Origin: Somniosus microcephalus
Taxonomy: Eukaryota
Length of the DNA: 64,000 nucleotides
Direction of reading: 5' to 3'
Assembly: GCA_052327205.1 (NCBI GenBank)
Contig: CM126202.1
Location: 454,212,001 to 454,276,000 of the forward strand
In this document: positions 22,901-35,417 of the stretch, in pieces
How the letters are laid out: every line of letters begins with the position of its first letter
Position numbering within the stretch: position 1 is the stretch's first letter
Notes under the pieces: generated by a model
Told to the model about the DNA's origin: nothing
The model's database searches: none
The model's input: the letters and a program-made list of their open reading frames with translations, nothing else
Position numbers and translations under genes: made by a program

Positions 22901-25900
22901 CCCAATCCCCCCATCTCCCCCACACTCCCCAATCTCCCATCCCCCCACATTCCCCAATCTCCCCATCCCCCCACACTCCCCAATTGCCCCACCCCCCCCA
23001 CACTCCCCAATCCCCCCACCCCCCCACATGCCCCAATCCCCCCCATCCACCCCACACTGCCCAATCCCCCCATCTCCCCCCCACAATCCCCAATCCCCCC
23101 CATCTCCCCCCAAACTCCCTAATCCCCCCACCTCCCCCACAGTCCCCATCTCCCCACCCCCCACACTCCCCAATCCCCCCATCTGCCCCACACACCCCAA
23201 TCCCCCCATCTCCCCCACACTCACCAATCCCCCCATCTCCCCCACACTCCCCAATACCCCCATCACCCCCACACTCCCCAATCTCCCCATCTCCCCCACA
23301 CCCCCACCCCCCAACCCCCCATCTCCCCCACACTCCCCAATCCCCCCCATTCCCCCACCACACTCCCCAATCCCCCATCTCCCCCACACTCCCCAATCCC
23401 CCCATCCCCCCCACACTCCCCAATCCCCCAAACCCCACACACCCCAAACCCCCACCCACCACCCCCACACTCCCCAACCCCCCACCCAACAACCCCCACA
23501 CTCCCCCAACCCCCAAACCACCCTATCCCCCATCACCCCCACACTCCCCATCCCACCATCTCCCCCACACTCCCCAATCCCCCCATCTCCCCCCACACTT
23601 ACCATCCCCCCCATCTTCCCCACACTCCCCATCCTCCCATCTCCCCCACACTCCCCAATCCCCCATCTCCCCCACACTCCCCATCCCCCCATCTCCCCCA
23701 CACTCCCCAATCCCCCCCCACACTCCCCAATCCGACCCATCCCACCCACACTCTCCAATCCCCCCCATCCCCCCAATCCCCCCACCCCCCCACACTCCCC
23801 AATCCCCCCACCCCCCCACACTCCCCAATCCCCCACCCCCATCCCTCCCCACCACACTCCCCAATCCCCCATCCCCCCACACTCCCCAATCCCCCATCCC
23901 CCCACACTCCCCAATCCTCCATCTCCCCCACACTCCCCAATCCCCAATCCCCCATCTCCCCCTACACTCCCCAATCCTCCATCTCCCCCACACTCCCCAA
24001 TCCCCAATCCCCCATCTCCCCTACACCCCCCAATCACCCACACCCAACCCCCACACTCCCCAATCCCCCCATCCCCCCACACTCCCCAATCCCCCCATCC
24101 CCCCACACTCTCCAATCCCCCCATCCCCTCACACTCCCCAATCTCCCCCACACTGCCCAAACCCCCACACTCCCCAATCACCCCACACTCTCCAATCCCC
24201 CCCACACTCCCCAATCTCCCCCACACTCCCCAATCCCCCACCCCAACCCCCAGATGCCCCAATCCCCCCATCTCCCCCACACTCCCCAATCCCCCCATCT
24301 CCCCCACACTCCCCAATCCCCCCATCTCCCCCACACTCCCCAATCCCCCCATCCCCCCACACTCCCCAATCCCCCCATACCCACACTCCCTAATCCCCCC
24401 ATCTCCCCATCTCCCCCACACTCCCCAATCCCTGCATCCCCCCCACACTCCCCAATCCCCCCATCCCCCCCCACACTCCCCAATCCCCCCATCCCCCCCC
24501 CACACTCCCCAATCCCCCCATCCCCCCCACACTCCCCAATCCCCCCATACCCCCAGACTCCCCAATCCCCCCATACCCCCAGACTCCCCAATCCCCCCAT
24601 ACCCCCAGACTCCCCAATCCCCCCATCACCCCCACACTCCCCAATCCCCCCATCACCCCCACACTCCCCAATCCCCCCATCCCCCAACACTCCCCCACAC
24701 TCCCCAATCCCCCCATCCCCCCACACTCCCCAATCCCCCCATCTCCCCCACACTCCCCCATCCCCCCCACACTCCCCCATCTCCCCCATCACTCCCACAC
24801 TCCCCAATCCCCCCATCCTCCCCCAGACTCCCCAATCCCCACATCTCCCCCACACTCCCCAATCCCCCCATACCCACACTCCCTAATCCCCCCATCTCCC
24901 CCACACTCCCCAATCCCCCCATACTCCCCAATCCCCCCATCCCCCCAGGCTCCCCAATCCCCCCATACTCCCCAATCCCCCCATCCCCCCCAGGCTCCCC
25001 AATCCCCCCCATACCCCCCCAGACTCCCCAATCCCCCCATCACCCCCACACTCCCCAATCCCCCCATCTCCCCCACACTCCCCAATCCCCCCAATCCCCC
25101 CCACACTCCCCAATCCCCCCCATTCCCCCCCACACTCCCCAATCCCCCCACCCCCCCACACTCCCCAATCCCCCCCCATCCCCCCCCCACACTCCCCAAT
25201 CCCCCCCATCCCCCCCCACACTCCCCAATTCCTGGACTAGGGACAGGGTCACTGGCAAGGCTTGGAAGCAAAGCAGAGCCAGGCCTGGTTAGTACCTGAA
25301 CGGGTGACCATCAGGGAAGACCAGGTGCAGAAGGTCACAGAAGGAGCCCCGAGGAGGGGCGGTTGGTGAGAAGGTCACGGAAGGAGGAGCGGCTGGTGAG
25401 CAGGCCCGGGCGTTGGGCTGAAGATTGTCGGACAGGAGGAATGGTGGAAATGGAATGGCGGCGCGCACCGACGCAGCGGCTTTGCTTCTCCCAGTCATGG
25501 AAGCTTGCAAGATCATATTTCGTTGTTCATGTACTTGTGCAATGACAATAAAGTTGAATTATTATTAATTATTATCCCCCCCCCACACTCCCCAATGCCC
25601 CCATCTCCCCCACACTCCCCAATCTCCCCATCTCCCCCACACTCCCCAATCCCCCCATCTCCCCCACACTCCCCAATCCCCCCATCTCCCCCACACTCCC
25701 TCCATCTCCCCCACACTCCCCAATCTCCCATCTCCCCCACACCCCCAATCTCCCCATCTCCCCCACACTCCCCAATCTCCCCATCTCCCCAATCTCCCCA
25801 TCTCCCCCACACTCCCCAATCTCCCCCACACTCCCCAATCTCCCCATCTCCCCCACACTCCCCAATCTCCCCATCTCCCCCACACTCCCCAATCCCCCCA

Positions 25901-27180
25901 CACTCCCCAATCCCCCCACACTCCCCAATCCCCCTATCTCCTCCACACTCCCCAATCCCCCCATCTCCCCCACACTCCCCAATCACCATCTCCCCCACAC
26001 TCCCCAATCCCCACACTCCCTCATCCCCCCACTCCCATCTCCCCCCCACACTCCCCAATCCCCCCATCCCCCCCCACACTCCCCAATCCCCCCATCCCCC
26101 CACACACTCCCCAATCCCCCATCTCCCCCACACTCCCCAATCCCCCCATCTCCCCCACACTCCCCAATCCCCCCATCTCCCCCACACTCCTCAATCTCCC
26201 CATCCCCCCACACTCCCCAATCCCCCCATCTCCCCCACACTCCCCAATCCCCCCATCTCCCCCACACTCCCCAATCCCCCCATCTCCCCCACACTCCCCA
26301 ATCCCCCCATCTCCCCCACACTCCCCAATCCCCCATCTCCCCCACACTCCCCAATCCCCCCACACTCCCCAATCCCCCCATCTCCCCCACACTCCCCAAT
26401 CCCCCATCTCCCCCACACTCCCCAATCCCCCCACACTCCCCAATCCCCCCATCTCCCCCACACTCCCCAATCCCCCCATCCCCCCACACTCCCCAATCCC
26501 CCCATCTCCCCCACACTCCCCAATCCCCCCATCTCCCCCACACTCCCCAATCCCCCCATCTCCCCCACACTCCCCAATCCCCCCATCTCCCCCACACTCC
26601 CCAATCCCCCCATCTCCCCCACACTCCCCAATCCCCCCATCTCCCCCACACTCCCCAATCCCCCCATCTCCCCCACACTCCCCAATCACCATCTCCCCCA
26701 CACTCCCCAATCCCCACACTCCCTCATCCCCCCACTCCCATCTCCCCCCCACACTCCCCAATCCCCCCATCCCCCCCCACACTCCCCAATCCCCCCCATC
26801 CCCCCCCACACTCCCCAATCCCCCCCATCCCCCCCACACTCCCCAATCCCCCCATCCCCCCACACACTCCCCAATCCCCCATCTCCCCCACACTCCCCAA
26901 TCCCCCATCTCCCCCACACTCCCCAATCCCCCCATCTCCCCCACACTCCCCAATCCCCCATCTCCCCCACACTCCCCAATCCCCCCATCCCCCCACACTC
27001 CCCAATCCCCCCATCTCCCCCACACTCCCCAATCCCCCCATCTCCCCCACACTCCCCAATCCCCCCATCTCCCCCACACTCCCCAATCCCCCCATCTCCC
27101 CCACACTCCCCAATCCCCCCATCTCCCCCACACTCCCCCAATCTCCCCCACACTCCCCAATCACCCCAGCTCCCCCCCAC
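19905..27180. repeat. ~7-kb C-rich satellite, ~26-27-bp unit CCCCAATCCCCCCATCTCCCCCACACT, interrupted at 25230-25575
   Basis: Directly visible; the + strand is almost G-free; internal block duplications. Confidence 0.97.
25230..25575 (+). mobile_element. Short retroposon: 5S rRNA-derived head, GC-rich body, Rex1/Babar-type 3' tail (SINE3-like)
   Basis: 25261-25334 aligns without gaps to vertebrate 5S rRNA nt 44-117 (58/74 by hand count). Tail ..GTACTTGTGCAATGACAATAAAGTTGA(ATT)n resembles the LINE tail at 35418-35500. Confidence 0.8.
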
Positions 27181-27326
27181 TGCTGAGATCAATAGGCTTT
27201 TGCAAGACAAGTTTATAAATGGATAAGGAGCCAAGGCAGGTGGATGGAGTTAGGATACAGATCAGCTGTGATCTCATTGAATGGAGGAACAGGCTCGAGG
27301 GGCTGAATGGCCTCCTTCTGCTCCTA
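27181..27326 (+). mobile_element. CR1 3' tail fragment
   Basis: GATCAGCTGTGATCTCATTGAATGG..GGCTCGAGGGGCTGAATGGCCT. Confidence 0.7.
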
Positions 27327-27850
27327 CGTTCCACCCTCCGAACATCTGGTAAGTGCGCCTTTAAGAAAGGTCAGAGTTCGAGAAACTTAATTAAACCTGA
27401 GTCGTATTCAGATTGGCAAAAAAAAACCGAGGCAGCACTGCGCCTGATTCAGCAGGCAATTTGCTATTGTGATAAATGTGAGATTTGGCTGCTTATTATC
27501 AGCCTCCATTCTCACACAGGCGCTTGTACAGTGAAGGAGTGTGTGGCACAGGGAGAGAGAGAAAGAAAAAAAATCGGAAATTTACATTTGGACTTCGAGT
27601 AACATGGCAAAGGGTATTTGCAAATAACAGCGCGAGACTCAGCACTTTCATTGTCTGCGAGACTCTGTTTCCCTCTGATATGAAAATTCAATTATTTTAC
27701 AGCCAGACCCTACCATTCAACCATCATCTCGCTGACAACCAGTCTAAGTGTGGAGCCTGGTGCCTCTGTGGGCAGCTTGCTGACTAGATAGCGCTCTGCC
27801 GCATTCTCAAATGTGACATTATTTTTTTTTTGCAAGACTCGTGAGCACAG

Positions 27851-27878
<28 letters not shown>
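27851..27878. repeat. (AC)n microsatellite
   Basis: Direct observation. Confidence 0.9.
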
Positions 27879-27881
<3 letters not shown>

Positions 27882-28515
27882 ATTGCCGGAAGATTTTTGC
27901 ATTCACGGAGCGAAAATTAATCAACTCAACCCTGCATTATCCAGTGTCTGTAATTTTGTCTTTTAATCTACATATTGAATTTTTTTTCTTTTAAAAGTTT
28001 AATTTCCTGCAGAGGCTGATAGTAATCGTATATTTAAAATGTTAAATGCTGCCAGTGTGTATTATTCAGACGCAGCGCATGCACATGAATATATAATGTG
28101 CTTTCGTAGGATACAGTGGGTTAACAATAGTTGTTTTTTTGCCTCATTAAAAAGGAGGTCTGAACTCCTTAAAGAGATAGGATCTGTTTCTCAGTAACCA
28201 ACAAAAGCTGGGTCTCTTGCCTCGCGCTAGTTCCCCCTCTCTTGCCAGCTTTCACCTCTCTCCCACCTTTAACCGGCCTCAATCCGTGTGTCCATTAACC
28301 ATGTCCATGAGCCCTGACAACGAATGCCAGCAGGTTGAATGCAACTGTTTGCATATTGTGCTGTTGTCACTGTGAGGAGTCGAGCCCAGCTGAGGATGGG
28401 GTGCGTGGGGTGGCACTGGCCACAGGTGACATCAGGTTAACCCTTCGGATGCACTTCCGAAGTGCTCACATGACAGAAATATAACTCGATCTACGAAAAG
28501 AGTAAAGCAGCGATT

Positions 28516-29350
28516 CATAGAAACATAGAAGATAGGAGCAGGAGTAGGCCATTCGGCCCCTCGAGCCTGCTCCGCCATTTAATGAGACCATGGCTGATCA
28601 TCCAAATTCAGTACCCTGTCCCTGCTTTCTCCCCATAGCCCTTGATCCCTTTAGCCTTAAGAAATATATCTAACTCCTTCTTGAATACACTTAATGAATT
28701 GGCCTGAACTGCCTTGTGTGGCAGAGAATTCCACAGGTTCACCACTCTCTGGGTGAGGAAATTCCTCCTCATCTCAGTCCTAAATGGCCTACCCCTTATC
28801 CTTAGACTGTGACCCCTGGTTCTGGACTCCCCGCCATCGGGAACATTCTTCCTGCATCTAGTCTGTCTAGTCCTGTTAGAATTTTATAAGTTTCAATGAA
28901 ATCCCCTCTCATTCTTCTAAACTCCAGCAAATATCAGCCCAATCGACCCAATCTCTCCTCATACGTCATTCCTGCCATCCCAGGTATCAGCCTGGTGAAT
29001 CTTCGCTGCACTCCCTCCATGGCAAGAACATCCTTCCTCAGATAAGGTGACCAAAACTGCACACAATACTCAAGGTGTGGTCTCACCAAGGCCCTGTACA
29101 ACTGCAGCAAGACATCCTTGTTCCTGTACTCAAACCCTCTCGCTACGAAGGCCAACATACCATTTGCCTTCTTAACCGCCTGCTGCACCTGCATGCTTAC
29201 CTTCAGCGACTGGTGCACAAGGACACCCAGGTCTCGTTGCACTTCCCCTTTTCCCAATCTATTGCCATTCAGATAATAATCTGTCTTCCTGTTTTTGCCA
29301 CCAAAGTGGATAACCTCGCATTTATCCACATTATACTGCATCTGCCATGC
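28516..29350 (-). mobile_element. Young CR1 3' fragment
   Basis: WQMQYNVDKCEVIHFG...MTYEERLGRLG plus the same tail as the other young copies. Confidence 0.92.
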
Positions 29351-29410
29351 AGAGTGATACTCGGAATGAGAGTTCTTAGGGTGAAAACAATTCACTGGGG
29401 CAGAGAAGGT

Positions 29411-29540
29411 TACAACAACAACAACCTGCATTCATATAGCGCCTTAAGCATAGTAAAATTTCCCAGGGCGCTTCACAGGAGCGATTATCAGACAAAATCT
29501 GGCACCGAGTCACATAAGGAAATAAGCTGACCAAAAGCAT
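29411..29540 (-). mobile_element. L2-type 3' tail fragment
   Basis: (CAA)n, GCATTCATATAGCGCCTT; same tail as the L2 piece at 52465-53050. Confidence 0.65.
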
Positions 29541-29552
29541 AACACTGTCAGC

Positions 29553-30212
29553 TGTGGCTCAGTGGACAGCACTCTTGCCTCTGAGTCAGGAGATTGTGGG
29601 TTCATAGTCCCACTCCAGGGACTTGAGCACAAAAATCTAGACTGACACCCCAGTGCAGTGCTGCGGTAGTGTTACACTGTCGGAGGTGCCGTCTTTCAGG
29701 TGTCGATGTTTAAAAAAAAGAGACTTGCATTTATACAGCGCGTTTCACACCCACCGAACGTCTCAAAGCGTTTTACAGCCAATGAATTACTTTTTTTGGA
29801 GTGCAGTCACTGTTGTAATGTAGGAAACACGGCAGCCAATTTGCACACAGCAAGATCCCACAAACAGCAATGTGATAATGACCAGATCATCTGTTTTAGT
29901 GATGTTGGTTGAGGGATAAATATTTGCCCCAGGACACCAGGGAGCACTCCCCTGCTCGTCTTCGAAATAGTGCCGTGGGATCTTTTACATCCACCTGAGA
30001 GAGCAGACGGGGCCTCGGTTTAATGTCTCATCTGAAAGACGGCACCTCCGACAGTGCATCACTCCCGCAGCACTGCACTGGGAGTACCAGCCTAGATTTA
30101 TGTGCTCAAGTCCCTGGAGTGGGAGTTGAACCCCCAACCTTCAGACTTAAAATGTACTTCATTGGCTGTAATGCGCTTTGGGACGTCCTGAGGTCATGAA
30201 ATGCGCTGTGTC
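29553..30212. mobile_element. Two nested DeuSINEs: + head (29553-29705) and tail (30150-30212) around a minus copy (29720-30145)
   Basis: GTGGCTCAGTGGACAGCACTC head, then a reverse-complement copy, then GTACTTCATTGGCTGTAA tail. Confidence 0.75.
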
Positions 30213-30898
30213 AAAGTTAGTTCCTTCTGCCACCATTTCCTTCCCTCCATCCTTGCTGATCATCTGTTCCACATGTTTATCACCAATTTACTGAAAACTC
30301 ATTCTTGAATTTCCCATGTTTATGTCGTCGGCCTTAATTTGAGGCTATAACTTCCTATTCTTGAATTCTGTACTTGGCAGAAAATCTTATCCGAGTCCAC
30401 ATTCTCCAAATTATATTAAATACTCCTATCAAATCACCCCTCCGGGTAGCTAACTTCTCCTTAGAGCTCCGTTGCCTCAATTCTGGAATTAATCCAGAAA
30501 AAAAATCTACCACTCCTTCCATTAACTTAATATCCTTTTTGAAATAGGGCGTCAAACTGCGCGCAGTACCGCAAGTGGCAAATTCTTCCCGCTCAGCAGT
30601 TTTGGAACAACAGGGTTGCAGTTCTTTGCATCACATATATCATTCCCCAGGGGACAATGAACAAATGTACAATTACAGTAACAGCTTAGAACAAAATGTT
30701 ATCATAACAGCAGTGCGTACAAAGATGGTGGCTTAGTATAATCAAAGATGGCAGCTTGGGGTAATCAAAGATGGCAGTTTGATATAATCACAAAGGACAC
30801 TACAAATGGGAGCCTACTGTGATCTGTGCAAAAATAATTTCAGAGGAGGTTTTGAAAGCGAAATCTTCAATCTTTTAAAAATCTCACTAAAGATATAA

Positions 30899-31091
30899 GC
30901 CTAGAAATTAAGTTTGGCGATATTAATAGATGAACACTTAATGGATTCATATGACATTTCTCTGCTATTTTAATGCAGGTGTCAACCTATTCATTTTAAG
31001 TGGATTATGCAACTGCTAAAGTACCAGACAATAGAATGTCACGGGGATACATTAAGCATTCATCCGTTAATATCGCCAGTAGTTTCTGGAC
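30899..31091. mobile_element. Old palindromic MITE with Harbinger-like end
   Basis: GCCTAGAAATT..TGGCGATATTAA and TTAATATCGCCA..AGTTTCTGG form inverted arms. Confidence 0.5.
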
Positions 31092-31779
31092 GGTTTTTAC
31101 AATGGCCCTCTACATTGTTGCTACCAGCCTCATCTTCAATTTACTTAACTGATCCATTTTGGACAAGATTGAAATCCTAATACCTGCCCAGGTCCATCGG
31201 CCTCCGTGCTAAAATACATCCGTACAGTCCTGGGGGAGTTTTGCTTTCTTTACTATTTCTAATCAGCGGGGAATGCTGTTCAGTACTGGAGTTAAATTCC
31301 AAAGTACACGGGAACCTGCTATCTTCTGAGATGTGCCTGTACGAGCGATTTCCGCCTCGATCTGAATTATTCCAGCTAACTCACTGATTAGTGAATGTGA
31401 AGATCACAAGATGGTGACAGCTGAGAAAGACCATTCCGCCCTTTTACATATCGTCCTATTTCCACCGCACATTTGTTCCCAGTGGGAGTCACAAGACTTA
31501 AAGACAGACACAGATGAGGGAGGCCATTTGGCCCATCTTAAAACTCATCCATCTAGGAAAAAAAGACCTATATTTTCCCAAATTACATCATTTTATTATA
31601 TTACTTCTTCCACTACCATACCCAGGAGACCATTCCAAGTATTTGTTTGAAGAGGTTTTCCTGAAGCTTCCTTTTCATTAGATTTAACGTCTCTCCGCTT
31701 GTTCTAGTATCTTGGTCTACCTTGAAGTGATGCTCCAGATAAAACCTCATCTATAGCATTTAATATCCTGCGTGCTTCT

Positions 31780-32500
31780 AGAATCATAGAATCATAGAAT
31801 GGTTACAGCACAGAAGGAGGCCATTCGGTCCATCGAGCCCGTGCCAGCTCTCTACAAGAGCACTTCAGCTAGTCCCACTCCCCCGCCCTTTCCCTGTAGC
31901 CCTGCAACTTTTTCCCCTTGGGTACTTCTCCAATTCCCTTTAGAAAGCCATGATTGAGTCTGCCTCCACCACCCTTTCAGGCTGTGAATTCCAGATCCTA
32001 ACCACTCGCTGAGTAAAAAAGTTTTTGGTTCTTCTGCCAATCACCTTGAATATGTGTCCTCTGGTTCTCGACCCTTCCGCCAATGGGAACAGTTTCTCTC
32101 TGTCTACTCTGTCCAGACCCCTCATGATTCTGAACACCTCGATCAAATCTCCTCTCAACCTTCTCTGCTCTAAGGAGAACAACCCCAGCTTCTTCAGTCT
32201 CTCCACGTAACTGAAGTCCCTCATCCCTGGAATCATTCTCGTAAATCGTTTCTGCACCCTCTCTAAGGCCTTTACACCCTTCCTAAAGTGCGGTGCCCAG
32301 AATTGGACACAATACTCCAGTTGAGGTCGGACCAGTGTTTTATACAGGTTCATCATAACTTCCTTGCTTTTGTACTTTATGCCTCTATTTATGAAGCTCA
32401 GGATCCCGAATGCTTTTTTAACCGCTTTCTCAACCTGCCCTGCCACCTTTAACGATTTGTGCCCAGGTCTCTATGTTCATGCACCCCCTTTAGGATTGTA
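31780..32500 (-). mobile_element. CR1 3' fragment (second subfamily)
   Basis: ORF 31940-32446 [20 protein letters not shown]; (AGAATCAT)n tail. Confidence 0.9.
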
Positions 32501-32616
32501 AAAGATCTTTTCTCTGTCACTTCAATGCAAGACTAAAAAGCACCAGTTTCTCCAGTCTTTCCTCATAATTCAATCCTTTCCCACAAGAGATCAGCCTCGT
32601 GGTCCTTCTCTTACAC

Positions 32617-33000
32617 CACAACAACAACCACTTGCATTTATATAGCGGCCTTTGACATAGTGAACCATCCCAAGGTGCTTCACAGGAGCGATTATAAAAC
32701 AAAATTTGACACCGAGCCACATAAGGAGATATTAAGACAGGAAAGAGGTAGGTTTCAAGGAGCGTCTTAAAGGATGAGAGAGAGGTAGAGAGGCGGAGAG
32801 GTTTAGGGAGGGAATTCCAGAGCTTAGGGCCCAGGCAGCTGGAAGTACGGCTGCCAATGGTGGAGCGATGGAAATCGGGGATGTGCAGGAGCGCAGAGAC
32901 CTCGGTGGGGGGTTATAGGGCTGGGGGAGGTTACAGAGATAGGGAGGGGCGAGGCCATGGAGGGATTTGAAAACAAGGATGAGAATTTTTAAATCACGGT
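32617..33000 (-). mobile_element. L2 LINE 3' fragment
   Basis: KILILVFKSLHGLAPPYL on the minus strand; (CAA)n tail. Confidence 0.8.
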
Positions 33001-33289
33001 ACCTCCTCCAAAGCCTGACTAATTCCCTTTTGTCTTTAAGACCAAAATTGAGCGGAATATTCAAGGTGCAGTCTGACGACAATTTACCATGACATCTTCT
33101 GATTTGAACAGTCAACTTTGGCTCAGTTGTGTAGTGCTCTTGTCTCTAATTTAGAAGCTCGTGGGTTGAAGTCATGCTCCAGCACCTCAGTTGATAGTTG
33201 AGGCCGATATGTCAGTACAATGCTGAGAGAGCGCTGCTTTGTCAGAGGTGACGACACTTGAGTGTGTTCAGAGGGATGATAAAATTCTT

Positions 33290-33727
33290 GGGGCTAAAAG
33301 GGGTAAATTATGAGGACAGGTTGCACAGACTGGGCCTGAATTTAGAAGATTAAAGGGTGATCTAATTGAGGTGTTTAAGATGATTACAGAATTTGACAGG
33401 GCAGAGAGAGAGAAACTATTTCCTCCGGTGGGGGGAGTCCAGAACAAGGGGGCAGATCCTTAAAATTAGAGCCAGGCCGTTCAGGGGTGATGTCAGGAAG
33501 CATTTCTTCACACAAAGGGTGGTGGAAATCTGGAACAATTTCTCCCAAAAAGCTGTTGAGGCTGGGGGTCAATTGAAACTTTCAAAACTGTGATTGATAG
33601 ATTTTTGTTAGGCATGGGAGGTCACAGAACCAAGGCGGGTAGATGGAGTTAAGTTACAGATCAGCCGTGATCTAATTGAATGGTGGAACAGGCTCGAGGG
33701 GCCGTATGGCCTCCTCCTGTTCCTATT
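33290..33727 (+). mobile_element. CR1 3' fragment
   Basis: GESRTRGQILKIRARPFRGDVRKHFFTQRVV plus 3' UTR. Confidence 0.85.
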
Positions 33728-34516
33728 ATTTGAGGACAACCCCAACTGGTTCACTGATGTCATTCAGGGGTGGACGTTTGATGGACTCAAGGTGGCCTGG
33801 TTAAACCAACCAGCCAGTTGTGAGGGTAAAACAGGATGGCTATGAACATTACCAGTGATCCCGAGAACAACTGAATAAAAAAATAAATACTGCACAGTCG
33901 TCCCTCTAAGCAGAGCTTTAAAGCATAAATAGAGTAATGCCCTCCTGTTTAGAGGTTAATCTGTATTTACACAATATTCAAGGATAAACACCACAGATTT
34001 AAATGTTTCCTGAGAGAGGGAAAATACAAAAGATTCACACCGTTGACATATTCAAGCAGACAATAGACTCGAATCTTGTGCGCATATGCGCTGAATTATG
34101 TCACATGAATTAACCATGAACTGCAACAGAAATAATCCGGATTTCATCTACAGATTTTAAAGTGCAATTCCCTTGAAATAAAAGGTTACTTCGCAAAGAT
34201 TTAACCTTGGGACTTTACAGCCTCTTGTATGCTGGTTTTTTAAAATCATATTTCCGTGAGCCTGGTCCAGCTTCCTGTCCCATTACATCCACTTTCCGTA
34301 CTCCAGCATCAGGAAGAACCGGAATTACTAGCCTTAACAGCGAACGACAGGATCAAGATTTGACATCGTAAATAGCGGGCGCCAGGCGCCTAGAATTTGA
34401 ATTTTAAAAGACCAAAATGAAATGTTATGGGGATTTTTAATAGAGGTGTTCAAAATCATGAGGGATTTTGATAGAGTAAATAAGGAGAAACTGTTTCCGC
34501 TGGCAGGAGGGTCGGT

Positions 34517-35280
34517 CTGTGCACCAGTCGCTGAAGGTAAGCACGATAGCAAAATACTGCAGAAGTTGGAAATCCGAAATAACAACAGAAGGTAAGCATG
34601 CAGGTGCAGCAGGCGGTTAAGAAGGCAAATGGTATGTTGGCCTTCGTAGCGAGAGGGTTTGAGTACAGGAATAAGGATGTCTTGCTGCAGTTGTACTGGG
34701 CCTTGGTGAGACCACATCTTGAGTATTGTGTGCAGTTTTGGTCGCCTTATCTGAGGAAGCATGTTCTTGCCATGGAGGGAGTGCAGCGAAGGTTCACCAG
34801 GCTGATACCTGGGATGGCAGGAATGACGTATGAGGAGAGATTGGGTCGATTGGGTTTATACTCGCTGGAGTTTAGAAGAATGAGAGGGGACCTCATTGAA
34901 ACTTATATAATTCTAACAGGACTAGACAGACTAGATGCAGGAAGGATGTTCCCGATGGTCGGGGTGTCCAGAACCAGGGGTCACAGTCTAAGGATAAGGG
35001 GTAAGCCATTTAGCACAGAGATGAGGAGGATTTTCTTCACCCAGAGAGTGGTGAACCTGTGGAATTCTCTACCACAGAAGGCAGTAGAGGCCAATTCATT
35101 AAATATATTCAAGAAGGAGTTGGATATATTTCTTAAGGCTAAAGGGATCAAGGGATATGGAGAGAAGGCAGGAGTGGGGTACTGAATTTGGATGATCAGC
35201 CATGATCTCATTGAATGGCGGAGCAGGCTCGAGGGGCCGAATGGCCTACTCCTGCTCCTATCTTCTATGTTTCTATGTTT
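34517..35280 (+). mobile_element. Young CR1 3' fragment nested in an older CR1 piece (34430-35345)
   Basis: ORF 34598-35185; tail TTCTATGTTTCTATG; host CR1 sequence resumes at ~35290. Confidence 0.9.
34544..34587 (-). mobile_element. 44-bp Penelope terminal fragment with 11-bp TSD
   Basis: GAAGGTAAGCA duplicated at 34533-34543 and 34588-34598; the insert matches the reverse complement of ~2300-2342. Confidence 0.8.
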
Positions 35281-35417
35281 TTTAATCAGTTGACACAGAT
35301 TTAAGGTAATTGGCAAAAGAACCAGAGGAGAGATGAAGAGAAAATTCAGTTACCTTTGAATAAATGTTAACATATTATACAGGGGACTATTAGCCAAATG
35401 TTTTTTTGTTCCCTGTC

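Noticed and set aside
25261-25334. Functional 5S rRNA gene
   Set aside because: The first ~43 nt of 5S are missing or unrecognisable, divergence is about 22%, there is no oligo-T terminator, and it is fused to a LINE-type tail.
19844-27234. Very long Pro/His/Ser-rich and Gly/Trp-rich ORFs (up to 1505 aa) resembling extensins or mucins
   Set aside because: Open in several frames on both strands because the satellite unit lacks stop codons; frames switch with homopolymer length; no gene structure.
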